NCBI GenBank assembly: GCA_037443035.1
Contig: JBBIPC010000016.1
Coordinates: 1-61,731, forward strand
Direction: 5' to 3'
DNA from: Chthonomonadales bacterium
GTDB lineage: Bacteria; Armatimonadota; Chthonomonadetes; Chthonomonadales; CAJBBX01
DNA length: 61,731 nucleotides
Positions 18,592 to 29,819 of the stretch are shown in pieces. How positions within the stretch are numbered: position 1 is the first letter of the stretch; every line of letters begins with the position of its first letter. Position numbers and translations under genes: made by a program. A model generated the notes under the pieces. It worked only from the letters and a program-made list of their open reading frames with translations. It made no database searches and had not been told where the DNA came from.

Positions 18592-20151
18592 ATGCGCCCC
18601 GTTTGCCTGATTATCCGCGATGGATGGGGATACAACGAAGACCCGCTCGGCAACGCCGTCATGGCGGCCCGCACACCGAATGTGGATGCCTACAAAGATC
18701 GGTACCCCTGGACCCTGCTCCAGTGCTCCGGCGAAGCCGTGGGACTGCCCGAAGGATTCCAGGGCTCCAGCGAAGTCGGTCATCTCAACATCGGCGCTGG
18801 CCGCATCGTGATTCAGGAGCTGAAGCGGCTAGACGAGGCCATGCGAAGCGGCCAGCTCTACCAGTACGACCGCTGGAAGCATCTCATGGCAGACTGGAAA
18901 GCGAACCGAAGCCGGCTTCATTTCCTCGGTCTGCTGCAGGACGAGGGCGTCCACGCCCACCAGGACCACCTCTTCAAGCTCATGCGTCGAGCACGTGAAG
19001 AGAACCCCGAGGGCCCTATCGTCATCCACCCGTTCCTGGATGGACGGGATACGCCTCCTCGCAGTGCACTGGAGTACGTGGATATGCTCCGCCGGGTCAT
19101 GGCGGAAGTCGGCAACTGTACGGTGGGAACCGCCATGGGGCGCTACTACGCCATGGACCGGAGTCGGAACTGGAACCTCACGGATACGGCCTACGCGTGC
19201 CTCGTATCCGGTGAAGGGCGTCGCCGCGAAGCCCTGGAACCGGCCATCATCCGGTCCTACGAAGAGGACGTGACCGCCGACGGCAAGCCCATGTTCGATG
19301 AGTACATACCGCCGTGCGTTTTCGGCGATTACGATGGCATGCACGATGGCGACTGCGTTTTCCATACCAACTACCGCCAGGACCGCGCCGTACAGCTCAC
19401 CATGGCGTTCGTGGCTGCCGACTACCCAGGCCGACGCAGCGTCCGACCCAAGCTCACGTATCTGGGCTTCACCCGCTACTACGACGAGCTGGAGCAGTAC
19501 CTCATGCCGCCCATGAGCGAAGAAGGCGGCATGGAGGGTCTGCTGGGAGAAGTCATTTCCAACGCGGGTCTGCGCCAGCTCCGGATTGCTGAGACGCAGA
19601 AGTTCCGTCACGTGACGAGTTTCATGAACGGCAAGGCCACGACGCCCTACCCAGGAGAGGATCAGGTCGAGGTCCCCAGCCGCTTCGATCCGGCAACGTT
19701 CGCCAGCCATCCTGAAATGGACGCCTACGGTGTCACCGATGAGGTTCTCCGGAGGCTCGAGAACAACCCGTACGCTTTCATTGCAGTGAACTTCGCCAAC
19801 GGCGACATGGTGGGACACACCGGCGAGTTCGATGCGGCTAGGCGGGCCATCGAGGTGGTAGACGAGTGTCTCGGGCGTGTCGTGAACCGGGTGCTCGCGC
19901 TCGATGGACACGTCATCATCACGTCCGATCACGGCAACGCCGAACAGATGGTCTATCCGGACACCGGGCGCACGAAGACAAGCCACACGCTCTTCCCCGT
20001 CGAGTGTATCTACGTTGCTCGCGGTGCCGAGAACCATACGCTCGGTATTCTTGGTCGCAAGGGACGACTATCCGATATCGCCCCGACGGTACTGAAGCTG
20101 CTCGACCTGCCGGTGCCGCCGGAGATGACTGCCGAGAACCTCATCCGGTGA
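18592..20151 (+). CDS. gpmI: 2,3-bisphosphoglycerate-independent phosphoglycerate mutase
   Basis: LIIRDGWG, GSSEVGHLNIGAGR, DGRDTPPRS, GRYYAMDR, AETQKFRHVT, NFANGDMVGHTG and SDHGNAE motifs; AAGGA RBS. Confidence 0.95.
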   Translation: MRPVCLIIRDGWGYNEDPLGNAVMAARTPNVDAYKDRYPWTLLQCSGEAVGLPEGFQGSSEVGHLNIGAGRIVIQELKRLDEAMRSGQLYQYDRWKHLMADWKANRSRLHFLGLLQDEGVHAHQDHLFKLMRRAREENPEGPIVIHPFLDGRDTPPRSALEYVDMLRRVMAEVGNCTVGTAMGRYYAMDRSRNWNLTDTAYACLVSGEGRRREALEPAIIRSYEEDVTADGKPMFDEYIPPCVFGDYDGMHDGDCVFHTNYRQDRAVQLTMAFVAADYPGRRSVRPKLTYLGFTRYYDELEQYLMPPMSEEGGMEGLLGEVISNAGLRQLRIAETQKFRHVTSFMNGKATTPYPGEDQVEVPSRFDPATFASHPEMDAYGVTDEVLRRLENNPYAFIAVNFANGDMVGHTGEFDAARRAIEVVDECLGRVVNRVLALDGHVIITSDHGNAEQMVYPDTGRTKTSHTLFPVECIYVARGAENHTLGILGRKGRLSDIAPTVLKLLDLPVPPEMTAENLIR

Positions 20152-20205
20152 GTTCGTCGGAAATGCCGCCACATGGGACTGGTTCCAAGAGCGCCGGCTT
20201 TCCTC

Positions 20206-21492
20206 TCAGGACGTAAGCTGCGTTATTTCGCGGAGGATTTCGAGGGTTTCGGCCACCATACGATCGGCTGAGAAACTCCGCTGTACCCCGTGTGGAGCCG
20301 CATCTGCCAGTTTCGCTGACAGATCGGTGTCGTCCATGAGGCGCGCGATGGACGCTGCTAGCCCAGCCGGATCTTCCGCCGGGAAGGTAATACCGCCGCC
20401 GGTGAGTGTCAGCATCTCTGGGAATACTCCTCGATCGGGCACAATGACCGGCACACCAGCGGCCTGAGCCTCCAGCGCCACCATGCCTCGCGCTTCCGAG
20501 ATGCGGCTGGGCATGCAGACGGCTGAGCAGGCACGGAGGAAATGGAGTTTTCCTTCGAAGTCCACCTCGCCTAGGTAACGGAACCTGCGGCCGTGGGAGG
20601 ACGATTCCAGGCGCGCTGCCATGCGTCGCCAGTAGTCCTGTGCAAGGACCTTTCCTGCGAGCACGACTTCCAGATCCCGACCATCCTCCAGCAACCGCAA
20701 TGCGGCGTCCACTAGGATATCAGCACCCTTGGCATGGGTAATGACGCCGAGATAACCCACGGTGAAAGGATAGACACGCTTTCGAGCTGACCGGCGAAAC
20801 GGACGAGTGTCCACTCCCACCCGCACGACGCGGATTCGGTCCCGCGGAATGGATAGATACTCAGCCATGGAGTCAGCATAAGATTCGCTGGGGGATAGAA
20901 AGAGATCCACGATCTCTGCGTTCTGGCGGAGCAGCTTCCGCGCCTCTGAGCGGTACGGCTCTGTCGTAGCATCCACGAAACCATCTTCGCCCTGAAGCGC
21001 GCAGACTATAGGAACCTGAAGGGTGCGTTTCAACTCAGGCGCGATTCCCGCCAACAGCGTGTTCGTGATGCTCACAACGTCCGGACGTTCGCCCGAAACG
21101 ATGTACTGCACCATTTCGAGCATGGACCGCCGCTGCTTGCCTGAGACGCCGCGGAGGACGGACACGAGCATAGGGCCGAGGTCCGAAGCCCGTGTGGATA
21201 CGGCGAACCGCGACGCGAGCTCCAACAGCCTGGGGTTGTCTAGTGGCTTGCGTAGCCAGCTTGGAGCATAGCGCCAGAGAGCGACGTGTTGCTCGAGGTA
21301 GGCGTTGATGCCACCGAGCATGACAGGACCAGTTGGTAGCGGGTCGGTTCCATCGAACCGCAGAGGTGTGTACAGAGGGAGGATCTCGACGCTATGGCCG
21401 CGCTCGATGAGTCCGCGCGCCAGCGTGACGTCCCGCGCGCAGGCCCCACAGTACATGCCGCCGGCGCCCGCAGCGACATGGACTATGCGCAT
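20206..21492 (-). CDS. Glycosyltransferase family 4 protein
   Basis: AGAGGMYCGACARD N-terminus, KGADIL and EARGMVALEAQAAGVPV (EX7E). Confidence 0.85.
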   Translation of the reverse strand: MRIVHVAAGAGGMYCGACARDVTLARGLIERGHSVEILPLYTPLRFDGTDPLPTGPVMLGGINAYLEQHVALWRYAPSWLRKPLDNPRLLELASRFAVSTRASDLGPMLVSVLRGVSGKQRRSMLEMVQYIVSGERPDVVSITNTLLAGIAPELKRTLQVPIVCALQGEDGFVDATTEPYRSEARKLLRQNAEIVDLFLSPSESYADSMAEYLSIPRDRIRVVRVGVDTRPFRRSARKRVYPFTVGYLGVITHAKGADILVDAALRLLEDGRDLEVVLAGKVLAQDYWRRMAARLESSSHGRRFRYLGEVDFEGKLHFLRACSAVCMPSRISEARGMVALEAQAAGVPVIVPDRGVFPEMLTLTGGGITFPAEDPAGLAASIARLMDDTDLSAKLADAAPHGVQRSFSADRMVAETLEILREITQLTS

Positions 21493-21572
21493 GATGTGCC
21501 TCGCTCTAGCACGGCGCAGCTGCCAAGCGTCCAGCTTCCTCGCATCAGTTGGCGCCTAGCGCCAGATGGAGA

Positions 21573-22385
21573 CTAGCGAACACCCCAACTGCCGTCGGAA
21601 AGCCGGAAGGGCATGCCCCAGATCTGTCGGCGGCCTGCGTAAGGTCCGTCATCGGCAATGAGCCAGGACCTGATGGACTTTCCATCCAACTGCAGTCCTC
21701 CACGCTGGGATCCATCGGCGTCAAGTTCCGGGCGGACGTGCATGAGCTTGGCGTGACCATCGGCGAAACTAACATTGATGGACAGACCGTGTCGCGCCTG
21801 GACAGGCATGTCGTAGGTGGTGTAGTTCGCTGTACCGCCTTGCAGAGCGATGGTGGCATCGGCATAGGCGCCCGTGTCGGACGGATATTCCACCTCCGCC
21901 AGACGTCGCACCGGCCGACCCGTATACCCCGTGTACGGGTTGACCAGGAAATTCGGGTCTCCCACGTCCACCAGCCGCATGTTCGGCTGGTAGCTCAGCA
22001 GAGTGACAGGTGGAGCAGCGCTACACGGCGCGGGATAACCCATGAGAGCGCATCCGGCGGCGAAGTCCAGACGATTGGTGTCGGATGGGCAGAGCACAAT
22101 CTGGGAGTTCTTCTGATAGGGTTGCAGGAGTTGGAAGGAGGTCATGATGCACGGCGTTCCAGAGTTTTCCCGGGCAGCATAGAATGTAATCGGATACGTC
22201 TCGTCGTAGTCCTGCACGTAGAGCGTCAGACCGGATCCCAATTGCCGATGGTTGCTGAGACACGATGCAGCGCGCGCCTTCTCCCGAGCCACGGCGAACA
22301 CGGGGAATAGGATCGCCGAGAGTATGGCAATGATGGCGATGACGACCAGCAGCTCGATGAGCGTGAAGCCGGGGTACTTAGACAA
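21573..22385 (-). CDS. Prepilin-type N-methylation domain protein (DUF1559/H-X9-DG-CTERM)
   Basis: [34 protein letters not shown]...YVQDYDE, CPSD and [19 protein letters not shown] 22385 follows GGAGG. Confidence 0.9.
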   Translation of the reverse strand: MSKYPGFTLIELLVVIAIIAILSAILFPVFAVAREKARAASCLSNHRQLGSGLTLYVQDYDETYPITFYAARENSGTPCIMTSFQLLQPYQKNSQIVLCPSDTNRLDFAAGCALMGYPAPCSAAPPVTLLSYQPNMRLVDVGDPNFLVNPYTGYTGRPVRRLAEVEYPSDTGAYADATIALQGGTANYTTYDMPVQARHGLSINVSFADGHAKLMHVRPELDADGSQRGGLQLDGKSIRSWLIADDGPYAGRRQIWGMPFRLSDGSWGVR

Positions 22386-22455
22386 TGTCCTATCCTCCCT
22401 GTCCAGTTGGGGAAAGTTATACCTGTTGCGCATCTCTACGCAGCGGGAGGCGCCG

Positions 22456-22950
22456 CTAGCGCCAGGAGTCGGCATCCCTGTCTCGCGGCGGCAGTCGCCT
22501 CTCCATGTACCAGCTATCGTTCCGTACGCGGAAGGAGCTTTCGTGCTTCCGCCGGTAGCCTAAGCTTCTGTAGAGCGCTTCCGCACGATGGTTGGACTTG
22601 ACGACCGTAAGGGCGGTCACTGCGATACGCCTCGCGTCCGCTACGGCCAGCAAGCGTTCCATCATCTGTCGGCCATACCCACAACCGACGATGGCATCGC
22701 GAAGGCCGATGCTCACCATAGGTACGCGCTTATCCAAACCGCTCAAGAAAGCGTGGCCCATGATCATGCCGTCGTTGTCCAGGACGAAGCTGATGCTCCT
22801 ACCTGTCCGAACGGCCTCGAGGTGCTGCTCCACCGTGTCAGGAGAGACTGGTCCGGGCGGAAGAAACACCCGGGCCACCTCCTCTGATAAGGACTGGTAG
22901 AAGGCCAGGAGTTCCGAGGCATCCTTGTCTTCGATCGGTCGAATGATCAT
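22456..22950 (-). CDS. GNAT family N-acetyltransferase
   Basis: GCGYGRQMM acetyl-CoA motif and [17 protein letters not shown] overlap with the anSME stop. Confidence 0.8.
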   Translation of the reverse strand: MIIRPIEDKDASELLAFYQSLSEEVARVFLPPGPVSPDTVEQHLEAVRTGRSISFVLDNDGMIMGHAFLSGLDKRVPMVSIGLRDAIVGCGYGRQMMERLLAVADARRIAVTALTVVKSNHRAEALYRSLGYRRKHESSFRVRNDSWYMERRLPPRDRDADSWR

Positions 22951-24320
22951 GCAGGACGTCCGCAGCAGTGCTTGTACTTCTTCCCGCTTCCGCACGGACA
23001 GGGCTGGTTCCTGCCGATGCTGCGCGTTATGGCTTTCCTCTGAGCGAGGATGCCCATGATCTCCGCAGGAGCCCGGTGCTGATGCAGAAGCTGTGTCATG
23101 ATGTCCATCGTCGGGCGAATGTGCGTGAAGAAAAGCTTGTAGGAAGGACACAGGTAGTTCAGACCGGGCTCGCCATCAGGAGTTCGCATGAATCGGTGTT
23201 TGGGGCATTCACCCCGGCAGGCGAAGAGCACGTCGCAGCGCCTGCAGTAGCTCGGCAGGGCGTCCCGTTTCGCTTCGCCGAATCCGACCTGCTGGGGCGA
23301 TCGGACCATATCCTTGAGCGTGGAGGTTCGCAGATTGCCCAGCCGGTACTCCGGATACACGTAGTGGTCGCAGGAGTAGACGTCCCCGTTGTGCTCGATG
23401 GCCAGGCTCTTGCCACAAGTCTCGGAAAACACGCAGAGCGAGGCCGGGAACCCCGCCCATATCCCCAGCGCCGTATCGAACGCCTGGACAAAGACCGTTC
23501 CCACGTCCTTCTCGATCCACTCATCGTAGATCGCACAGAGGAACCGCCCGAACTGCTCGGGCTCCACGCTCCAGGGGGCGACACTGACCCCGGTTCCTAG
23601 CGTTTCGTCGGTCTGGCTCGGAGGGCCCGCCAGCGCATGCCGATTCCGACTTCCGCTGTCCGCCGACTCGGATGATGCCTGTGCATTGTCGGGCACACGC
23701 TCTACGAGTGGTATGAACTGGAGGAAGCGCGCGCCGATACTCTTGAAAAAGCGGTAGACCTCGAGAGGATGACGGGAATTGACCCGGTTGACCACCGTGA
23801 GGATGTTGAACTCCACTCTGTGCTGCTGCATCAGCTCCACCGCACGCATAACCTTGTCGAAGGTCGGTCGCTGCCGCTTGTCTACGCGATAAGTGTCGTG
23901 CAGGTGGCGTGGACCATCGAGACTCAGCCCCACAAGAAACTCGTTCTCGTGGAGGAATCTGCACCACTCTTCGTCGAGCAGCGTGCCATTGGTCTGGAAG
24001 GCGTTGGTGATCCGCTTTCCTCTGGCGTGTCTGCGTTGCAGCTCCACAGCCTTGCGGAAGAATTGCACGCCCAGCAGTGTGGGCTCGCCTCCCTGCCACG
24101 CGAAGTTGACTTCTGGCACCTCTTGAGCCTCGATGTACTGGCGAATGTACTGCTCGAGGACCTCGTCGCTCATGGCCCAGCGTCGCGTCCCGGGGTACAG
24201 GTTGGTCTTGTCTAGGTAGAAGCAGTATGCGCAGTCGAGATTGCAGATGGGCCCGATGGGCTTGGTCATCACATGGACGGCCAAAGGGGCTCTGGCAGGC
24301 CCTTGCTGCTCGCGGTTCAT
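22947..24320 (-). CDS. Anaerobic sulfatase maturase (radical SAM/SPASM) with C-terminal SEC-C motif
   Basis: [19 protein letters not shown] cysteines (C...CG...YSCDH...CRRC...CRGECPKHR...C) and [22 protein letters not shown] overlap with the sulfatase. Confidence 0.92.
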   Translation of the reverse strand: MNREQQGPARAPLAVHVMTKPIGPICNLDCAYCFYLDKTNLYPGTRRWAMSDEVLEQYIRQYIEAQEVPEVNFAWQGGEPTLLGVQFFRKAVELQRRHARGKRITNAFQTNGTLLDEEWCRFLHENEFLVGLSLDGPRHLHDTYRVDKRQRPTFDKVMRAVELMQQHRVEFNILTVVNRVNSRHPLEVYRFFKSIGARFLQFIPLVERVPDNAQASSESADSGSRNRHALAGPPSQTDETLGTGVSVAPWSVEPEQFGRFLCAIYDEWIEKDVGTVFVQAFDTALGIWAGFPASLCVFSETCGKSLAIEHNGDVYSCDHYVYPEYRLGNLRTSTLKDMVRSPQQVGFGEAKRDALPSYCRRCDVLFACRGECPKHRFMRTPDGEPGLNYLCPSYKLFFTHIRPTMDIMTQLLHQHRAPAEIMGILAQRKAITRSIGRNQPCPCGSGKKYKHCCGRPA

Positions 24321-25681
24321 TTCCGCGTGGGGGTCACAGGGAACTCCGGGTTGCCTGTGCGGGCGTTCTGCAGGAACTCCTCCATCCAAGCGGCTATCTC
24401 GGGATGCTGGTCTGCGATATTCGCGGCTTCTCCACGGTCGTTATTGAGAGCATACAACTCGACGGGTGCATGGGGTGAACGTTTCACGGCTTTCCAATCA
24501 CCTTTGCGCGCGGCTTGGCTGAACCCGCCTTCGTGGAACTCCCAGTACAGAGGCGGCCTGTATGGGAGCTGACCGCCGCACAGCGCCCCAAGGACCGACA
24601 CGCCATCTACATGCGGAGGCACATCAGCGCCGACAAGCTCGGCTACGGTGGGCAGGAAGTCCCAGAAGGCCCACGGCACGTCCGAGGTCCTGCCCGCCGG
24701 CACCTTACCGGGCCAGCGCACGATCATCGGCACCCGAATGCCGCCCTCGTACAAGTCCCGCTTGATGCCGCGCAGACCGCCATTGCTGAAAAAGAACGTC
24801 GGATCGTGCCCGCCCTCCCTATGAGGACCGTTATCGCTCGTGAAGAAGACGATGGTATCGCGCGTTAGGCCGAGGCGATCCAGACGTTGGAGAAGGCGCC
24901 CAATGTCACGGTCCATCCGTGTGACCGTCGAAGCGAAGATCTTCTCCACTTGAGGCCATGGCCTATCGCGGTACTCCGGTTCGATCTCAGGAACCTCCAT
25001 CCTGCGCGCCGTGCTGTTCGCATGAGGCGCAGTGTAGGCAAGATACAGGAAGAAGGGGTGGTTGCGGTTGGCCTCGACGAATCGAATGGCCTCGCGCGTG
25101 AAGAGGTCGTTGGAGTAGGCCCCATTGCGGCCTCCTGCGTTCTGGGGTATCGCCTCGAGCGTCTCGTTGCGCCAGAGCGTCTCCGGGAAGCTGTTATGAG
25201 CCACGGCCTGATTCAGATAGCCGTAGAAGAAATCGAAGCCCTGCCTGTTCGGTGTTCCTGTCGTGCCGGGCTCGCCCAGGCCCCACTTGCCGACGATGGC
25301 GGTCCGGTAGCCGCGCATCTGGAGCATGCGTGCTACGGAATTCTCGCCGGCCCGTAGCGGCACGCGGGCATTGCCCCGCACGGTGGCGTGACCTGTATGC
25401 AAGCCCGTCAATAGACAGCAGCGTGACGGGGCGCAGACGGTGCTACCTGCGTAGCACTGGGTGAATCGCAGTCCACGGCTGGCTAAGTAATCCAGGTTCG
25501 GCGTGCGAATGTCTTTCTGGCCGTAACATCCGAGATCACCGTAACCGAGATCATCCGCCAGGATGAAAACGATATTCGGGGGACGGAACCTGGAGTCGGC
25601 GCGACTCTCTGTCGTAGCCTGCGTCGCCAGGGTAAGGATCGCCGCCGCTGTCGGAAGGGTCAGGCTCAAGGCAGGTTTCAT
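24317..25681 (-). CDS. Secreted arylsulfatase (Cys-type formylglycine sulfatase)
   Basis: Signal peptide; [27 protein letters not shown] and [12 protein letters not shown] motifs. Confidence 0.92.
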   Translation of the reverse strand: MKPALSLTLPTAAAILTLATQATTESRADSRFRPPNIVFILADDLGYGDLGCYGQKDIRTPNLDYLASRGLRFTQCYAGSTVCAPSRCCLLTGLHTGHATVRGNARVPLRAGENSVARMLQMRGYRTAIVGKWGLGEPGTTGTPNRQGFDFFYGYLNQAVAHNSFPETLWRNETLEAIPQNAGGRNGAYSNDLFTREAIRFVEANRNHPFFLYLAYTAPHANSTARRMEVPEIEPEYRDRPWPQVEKIFASTVTRMDRDIGRLLQRLDRLGLTRDTIVFFTSDNGPHREGGHDPTFFFSNGGLRGIKRDLYEGGIRVPMIVRWPGKVPAGRTSDVPWAFWDFLPTVAELVGADVPPHVDGVSVLGALCGGQLPYRPPLYWEFHEGGFSQAARKGDWKAVKRSPHAPVELYALNNDRGEAANIADQHPEIAAWMEEFLQNARTGNPEFPVTPTRK

Positions 25682-25759
25682 GCTCAGAACTCCCTGCTGT
25701 CTCGCTGCGTCAGGCCGTCTGTGGATCGCCGCGGGAGACGACCTACGAGTTTCCGGCGT

Positions 25760-25787
25760 ATTATAGCCGGTAACTCCGTGCTACAAT
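25760..25787. promoter_or_regulatory. Back-to-back -10 elements: TATAAT (minus, 25760-25765) and TGCTACAAT (plus, 25779-25787)
   Basis: Both lie in the short gap between the divergent sulfatase and DUF951 genes. Confidence 0.5.
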
Positions 25788-25816
25788 GGCGGGTTTCACG
25801 AAGGTACGCCAATACG

Positions 25817-26038
25817 ATGAGTGAGAGAATGGAGATCGCCATTGGCGATCGAGTTGTTCTGCGCAAGCCCCACGCGTGCGGTGGGTTCGAATGGACAGTA
25901 ACCCGCACTGGTGCGGATGTGGGGTTGCAGTGCGCAACGTGCGGCCGGCGGGTGATGCTCGAGCGAGAGACGTTCGAACGGAGGGCCAGGATGATCCGTC
26001 GGTCGGCGGCGACATCGCCGCAGGAGGAGTCTTGCTAG
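25817..26038 (+). CDS. DUF951 family protein
   Basis: IGDRVVLRKPHACGGFEWTVTRTGADVGLQCATCGRRVMLER. Start is 25817 or 25829. Confidence 0.88.
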   Translation: MSERMEIAIGDRVVLRKPHACGGFEWTVTRTGADVGLQCATCGRRVMLERETFERRARMIRRSAATSPQEESC

Positions 26039-27207
26039 GCAAACGCGCATCGCGCACTCTTGTACGAGAAGTAGCGTCGGCCGTTCTGTTAGCACTTGCG
26101 GCATCTGTGGTCCTGTTGTCGACGCTGCGCAACAGTCAGCAGGAAACGTCGCACGAACTGACGGTTGCCGGGCCGGTTCTCCTGCGGGTAGACGCCGCTC
26201 GCGAAGCGCAAGGACCCCATGAGCAAGCCAGTGTCGTGCTGCTGGGTGATGCTGCCGGAAGGGGAGAAGCTCCCTGGCACGGTTGGGTCTGGCTGGACGG
26301 GCCACGGCTCGAAGTCGAGACGGAGGGAAATGCAGTCCGCACCGTCGCTGCCCGGATACCCTATGGTGTTGCGATTGCAGTGTACAATCCCACCGAGTCG
26401 CCGCTGCCTCTCCGGCTCTCTGTGACGTTGCCGGGGGGACGCTATGTTGCGGAACGGCTGGTTTTCTCCGACGGCGGCAAGCGGCTCGAGCGCCTCCAGT
26501 GCGCACGTGGGCATTCCGAGAAGCCCGGCATGTTGCCGCCGGCCTCTGGAGCTGTCTATCGTTTCACGAACCCAATGGCACGAGCTTCTGCGGCGTATAG
26601 GCGCTCCATGCAACGCATCTTCGAGCTTCGTTCCGTACGCGCCGACCAAGCACGGAAGCTTGGAGCATCGCTCCACGAGTGTCCGTGGAACCTCACACGG
26701 GGCAGCGCTGCCTTGGCACGATCCGATCCTCGCGAAGCTCTCAGTTACATCCATCGGGCACTGCTCACAGTACGGCACGCCCAAGCGCTGTGCTCGAACG
26801 GTGTGGGGCTGCGGAGAATACCCCGACGTTCCGGTGAGCAGATTGCCGCCGAATTGGACGAGCTGGAAGCCGCCCTCGGCGAAGCAAGCGTGACCGCTCT
26901 GGACCTGGTCCCCTCGGCAACGCGGCAACATAGTCCCGAGGATGCGCCGAATGTGTGGCGGGTCTGCGTCACCGTCCGGAATGCCGGTACCGAGAGCATT
27001 GCCGCGATCCGGCTGTGGGCGACAGGAAGCAGCGACTGCAAGATCGAACCTGTGGATGCGGCAGTGTTCGATGTTCTCCGCCCGGGCCAGGCAGCGTCTG
27101 CAACGTTCAAAGCCACGGTGGAGACGGACGGACCGTGCGAGCTAGCTGGACATCTGGCGTACGTTCGGAAGAACGCACCTGCGCACGTGCGACTGCCGTG
27201 TTTCTAG
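26032..27207 (+). CDS. Hypothetical N-terminally anchored protein with helical middle and C-terminal NEW3/Ig-like domain
   Basis: GGAGGAG RBS before TTG 26032, N-terminal hydrophobic helix, and C-terminal VTVRNAG...LRPGQ..ATF. Confidence 0.6.
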   Translation: MLGKRASRTLVREVASAVLLALAASVVLLSTLRNSQQETSHELTVAGPVLLRVDAAREAQGPHEQASVVLLGDAAGRGEAPWHGWVWLDGPRLEVETEGNAVRTVAARIPYGVAIAVYNPTESPLPLRLSVTLPGGRYVAERLVFSDGGKRLERLQCARGHSEKPGMLPPASGAVYRFTNPMARASAAYRRSMQRIFELRSVRADQARKLGASLHECPWNLTRGSAALARSDPREALSYIHRALLTVRHAQALCSNGVGLRRIPRRSGEQIAAELDELEAALGEASVTALDLVPSATRQHSPEDAPNVWRVCVTVRNAGTESIAAIRLWATGSSDCKIEPVDAAVFDVLRPGQAASATFKATVETDGPCELAGHLAYVRKNAPAHVRLPCF

Positions 27208-27230
27208 ACTGGAAGGGGATGGGAGACTCC

Positions 27231-28853
27231 ATGCACTCGAAGATCGCTCCGAGGAGCTTACAAGTGGTAGGTTTCGCCTTCGCACTGGCGTTGGTGGGAG
27301 GACGCGGGTCCGCTGCCACCGTCGCACTCAGCGTTGCCGACGGAGCGAAGCTTTCCGACACGGTTGTCATCACCGCTCGAGTGACTGGCTTCGAGCAGAC
27401 AGGCGTACGGCGCGTCGAGTTCTTGGTGGACGGCAAAGTGCGCTCCGAGGATACGAGCATCCCATATACGTTCGAATGGAATACGCTGGACGATGCCGAG
27501 GGCGAGCACAACGTCGAGGCCGTGGCCACCGACATGAACGGAGATGTGGCGAGGGGATCGGCCCGAGTAGTGGTGGATAACGAACTGGGCAAGGGAGCCG
27601 ATTACCATGGCCGGATCGCCCTCGAAGCCCTGGCTGCGAAGGACACGGAGACGGCCCGCCGGCACGCACTTCGGGCCGTGAAAATCGACCCAACCAACCT
27701 GACTGCTGCTCGTGCCCTGGCCGCTATCCATACGAACGCCGGGGAGTATGACCAAGCTGTCGCTGTTCTCGAGCAGGCCAGTATCCCTGAGAAGGATGTG
27801 CTGGCTCGCCGAGATCTTATGTCGCTCTACGTTCTTCGAGGAGATGCTGGAGGCAACACGCAGTCGTTTCTGCAGGGCGTGACATCAGCCTACGAGCAGT
27901 GGAAGCTCCTGACGCAGGCGCGCGCTGCAGTGGCCGCCAACGGTACGCCCGTGGAGAAGGGCGACGCTGCCTTTGCCGCCCGCAAGTGGCGCGATGCAAT
28001 CATGGCCTATCAGTCCGCCGGGGAACTCGCTGACATGCCGATCGAGACGATCAACCGTCTCCTGCTGAGCTATGCGCGTGCTGGCCGTTGGCGCGACTGC
28101 GACCTCTTGCTGCGCACCCTGAGCAGGGACGAACGCGGCGACGACGTCACGCAGGCCGTGCGCGGCTTCTACCTGCTCCAGACCCATAAGCCGACAGAGG
28201 CTCGCCAGGTTGTTCAGCGTGGTGTGGACGCTAGAGTGCTGCCATCCCTGATCGTTGCTGCATGCGCAGACTTGATCTTGAACGAGCGGAAGCGAGCGGA
28301 GGAGGAAATCACCGCAGCGGCGTCCATAGCGCCAAATGATCCCGGCGTTGCATACCTTCAGGCGATGGTGACCACCGATCCACTCGAAGCGAGGCGGCTC
28401 CTCGCTCGCGCCATCGCAACGGATCCATCCAACCCGGAGCTGTTGGTGCGGAAGGCCTATGACATCCTGTCTGGAAAACAACCCAACAAGCAGGAGGAAG
28501 CCGAGGCCGTCCTGGAACTCGCTCGCAAGTTGGACCCGGACAATCCGGACGTGCTGCTCGCGACTGCCTCGCTGCTCATGCTTCGTAAGCGAGCTGAGGA
28601 AGCTCAGCCGCTCTTCGAGAAGCTACTGGCGCAGGACAAGGACGCACCAGACGTCTTGGTGGGTCAGGCCCTGAACTTCAGCTTGCTGGACCGGAGCCGC
28701 GAGATCACGGACTTGCTCAACCGCGCGATGAAGATCGATGAGGATCGCTGGAACGACGTTTTCGTGCCGAAACCCCTCGACTACGTCAACCGGGTCATGC
28801 GCTACCGTATCACGCCCATACTGACACCCAGGACTCTCTACCCTCACGATTGA
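27231..28853 (+). CDS. Secreted Ig-like (Big_7-type) plus TPR-repeat protein
   Basis: Signal peptide; VEFLVDGK..DTSIPYTFEWNT...GEH..EAVATD; multiple TPR-like A...DP.N repeats. Confidence 0.75.
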   Translation: MHSKIAPRSLQVVGFAFALALVGGRGSAATVALSVADGAKLSDTVVITARVTGFEQTGVRRVEFLVDGKVRSEDTSIPYTFEWNTLDDAEGEHNVEAVATDMNGDVARGSARVVVDNELGKGADYHGRIALEALAAKDTETARRHALRAVKIDPTNLTAARALAAIHTNAGEYDQAVAVLEQASIPEKDVLARRDLMSLYVLRGDAGGNTQSFLQGVTSAYEQWKLLTQARAAVAANGTPVEKGDAAFAARKWRDAIMAYQSAGELADMPIETINRLLLSYARAGRWRDCDLLLRTLSRDERGDDVTQAVRGFYLLQTHKPTEARQVVQRGVDARVLPSLIVAACADLILNERKRAEEEITAAASIAPNDPGVAYLQAMVTTDPLEARRLLARAIATDPSNPELLVRKAYDILSGKQPNKQEEAEAVLELARKLDPDNPDVLLATASLLMLRKRAEEAQPLFEKLLAQDKDAPDVLVGQALNFSLLDRSREITDLLNRAMKIDEDRWNDVFVPKPLDYVNRVMRYRITPILTPRTLYPHD

Positions 28854-28902
28854 CCTACCGTAGAGGATCCCCGAGATACTGACTAGGAGGTGATAGCCGC
28901 AT

Positions 28903-29805
28903 ATGGCCGCAGCAGACGGCGGAGCGAGACCCCTGGTGCTGTGCATTGGTGAGGTCCTCTGGGATATGTTTCCGGACTGCAAGCGGCTCGGTGGCGCACC
29001 ATTCAACGTCGCGTGCCATCTGCGTGCTTACGGTGTGGACTCGCGCATCGCCAGTCGTGTTGGCGATGACGCCCTCGGCCTGGAGATACTATCGGCTGCG
29101 CGTGCGCACGGGATTCCGACGAACACCATTCAGGTAGACAACGAACTTCCGACCGGCACGGTTCTCGTCACCGTCGGTGCCCATGGCGTGCCTAGCTACC
29201 GCATAGAAGCACCAGCAGCATGGGATGCTATCGTAGCCGACGCTGAGCTGCAGTCCCTTGCGCGACACGCGAAGGCCGTCGTCTTCGGCAGCCTAGCGCA
29301 ACGGCGCGAGCCGTCCCGAACCTCAGTCCGTACCCTCTTGCTCACGCCCGCGCTGAAGGTCTTCGATGTGAATCTCCGGCCACCGCACGACGTGGCGGAA
29401 CTTGTCGAGCACAGTCTCCATCGTTCCGATTTCGTGAAACTCAACGTCGAGGAGATGGCCCGGCTGGGTGAGTGGTTCGAGTTGCCCGGGGAGCTGGAAA
29501 CGCAGTGCCGTGCACTGGCGCTACGTTATGGACTCATTGGCGTCTGCGTGACGCGGGGTGCCGAAGGAGCTGTCCTCTGGTATCGCGGACGTTACTGCCA
29601 GCATCCGGGTTTCCAGGTGGAAGTAGCCGACACAGTGGGCGCAGGCGACGCATTCCTGGCGGCGCTCATCGCCGGCTTGCTGGCGGGCGAAGCACCCGAC
29701 CGCGTTCTAGCGCGAGCCAATGCTGCAGGCGCCTACGTCGCATCCCAGCCGGGCGCCATACCGGAGCTCGACCTAGACGCCATCGCATCGTTGGCAGGAG
29801 TGTAG
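28903..29805 (+). CDS. PfkB family carbohydrate kinase (fructokinase-like)
   Basis: GEVLWD, GGAPFNVA, FDVNLR and DTVGAGDAF motifs. Confidence 0.9.
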   Translation: MAAADGGARPLVLCIGEVLWDMFPDCKRLGGAPFNVACHLRAYGVDSRIASRVGDDALGLEILSAARAHGIPTNTIQVDNELPTGTVLVTVGAHGVPSYRIEAPAAWDAIVADAELQSLARHAKAVVFGSLAQRREPSRTSVRTLLLTPALKVFDVNLRPPHDVAELVEHSLHRSDFVKLNVEEMARLGEWFELPGELETQCRALALRYGLIGVCVTRGAEGAVLWYRGRYCQHPGFQVEVADTVGAGDAFLAALIAGLLAGEAPDRVLARANAAGAYVASQPGAIPELDLDAIASLAGV

Positions 29806-29819
29806 ACCTGGAGGCCGGC

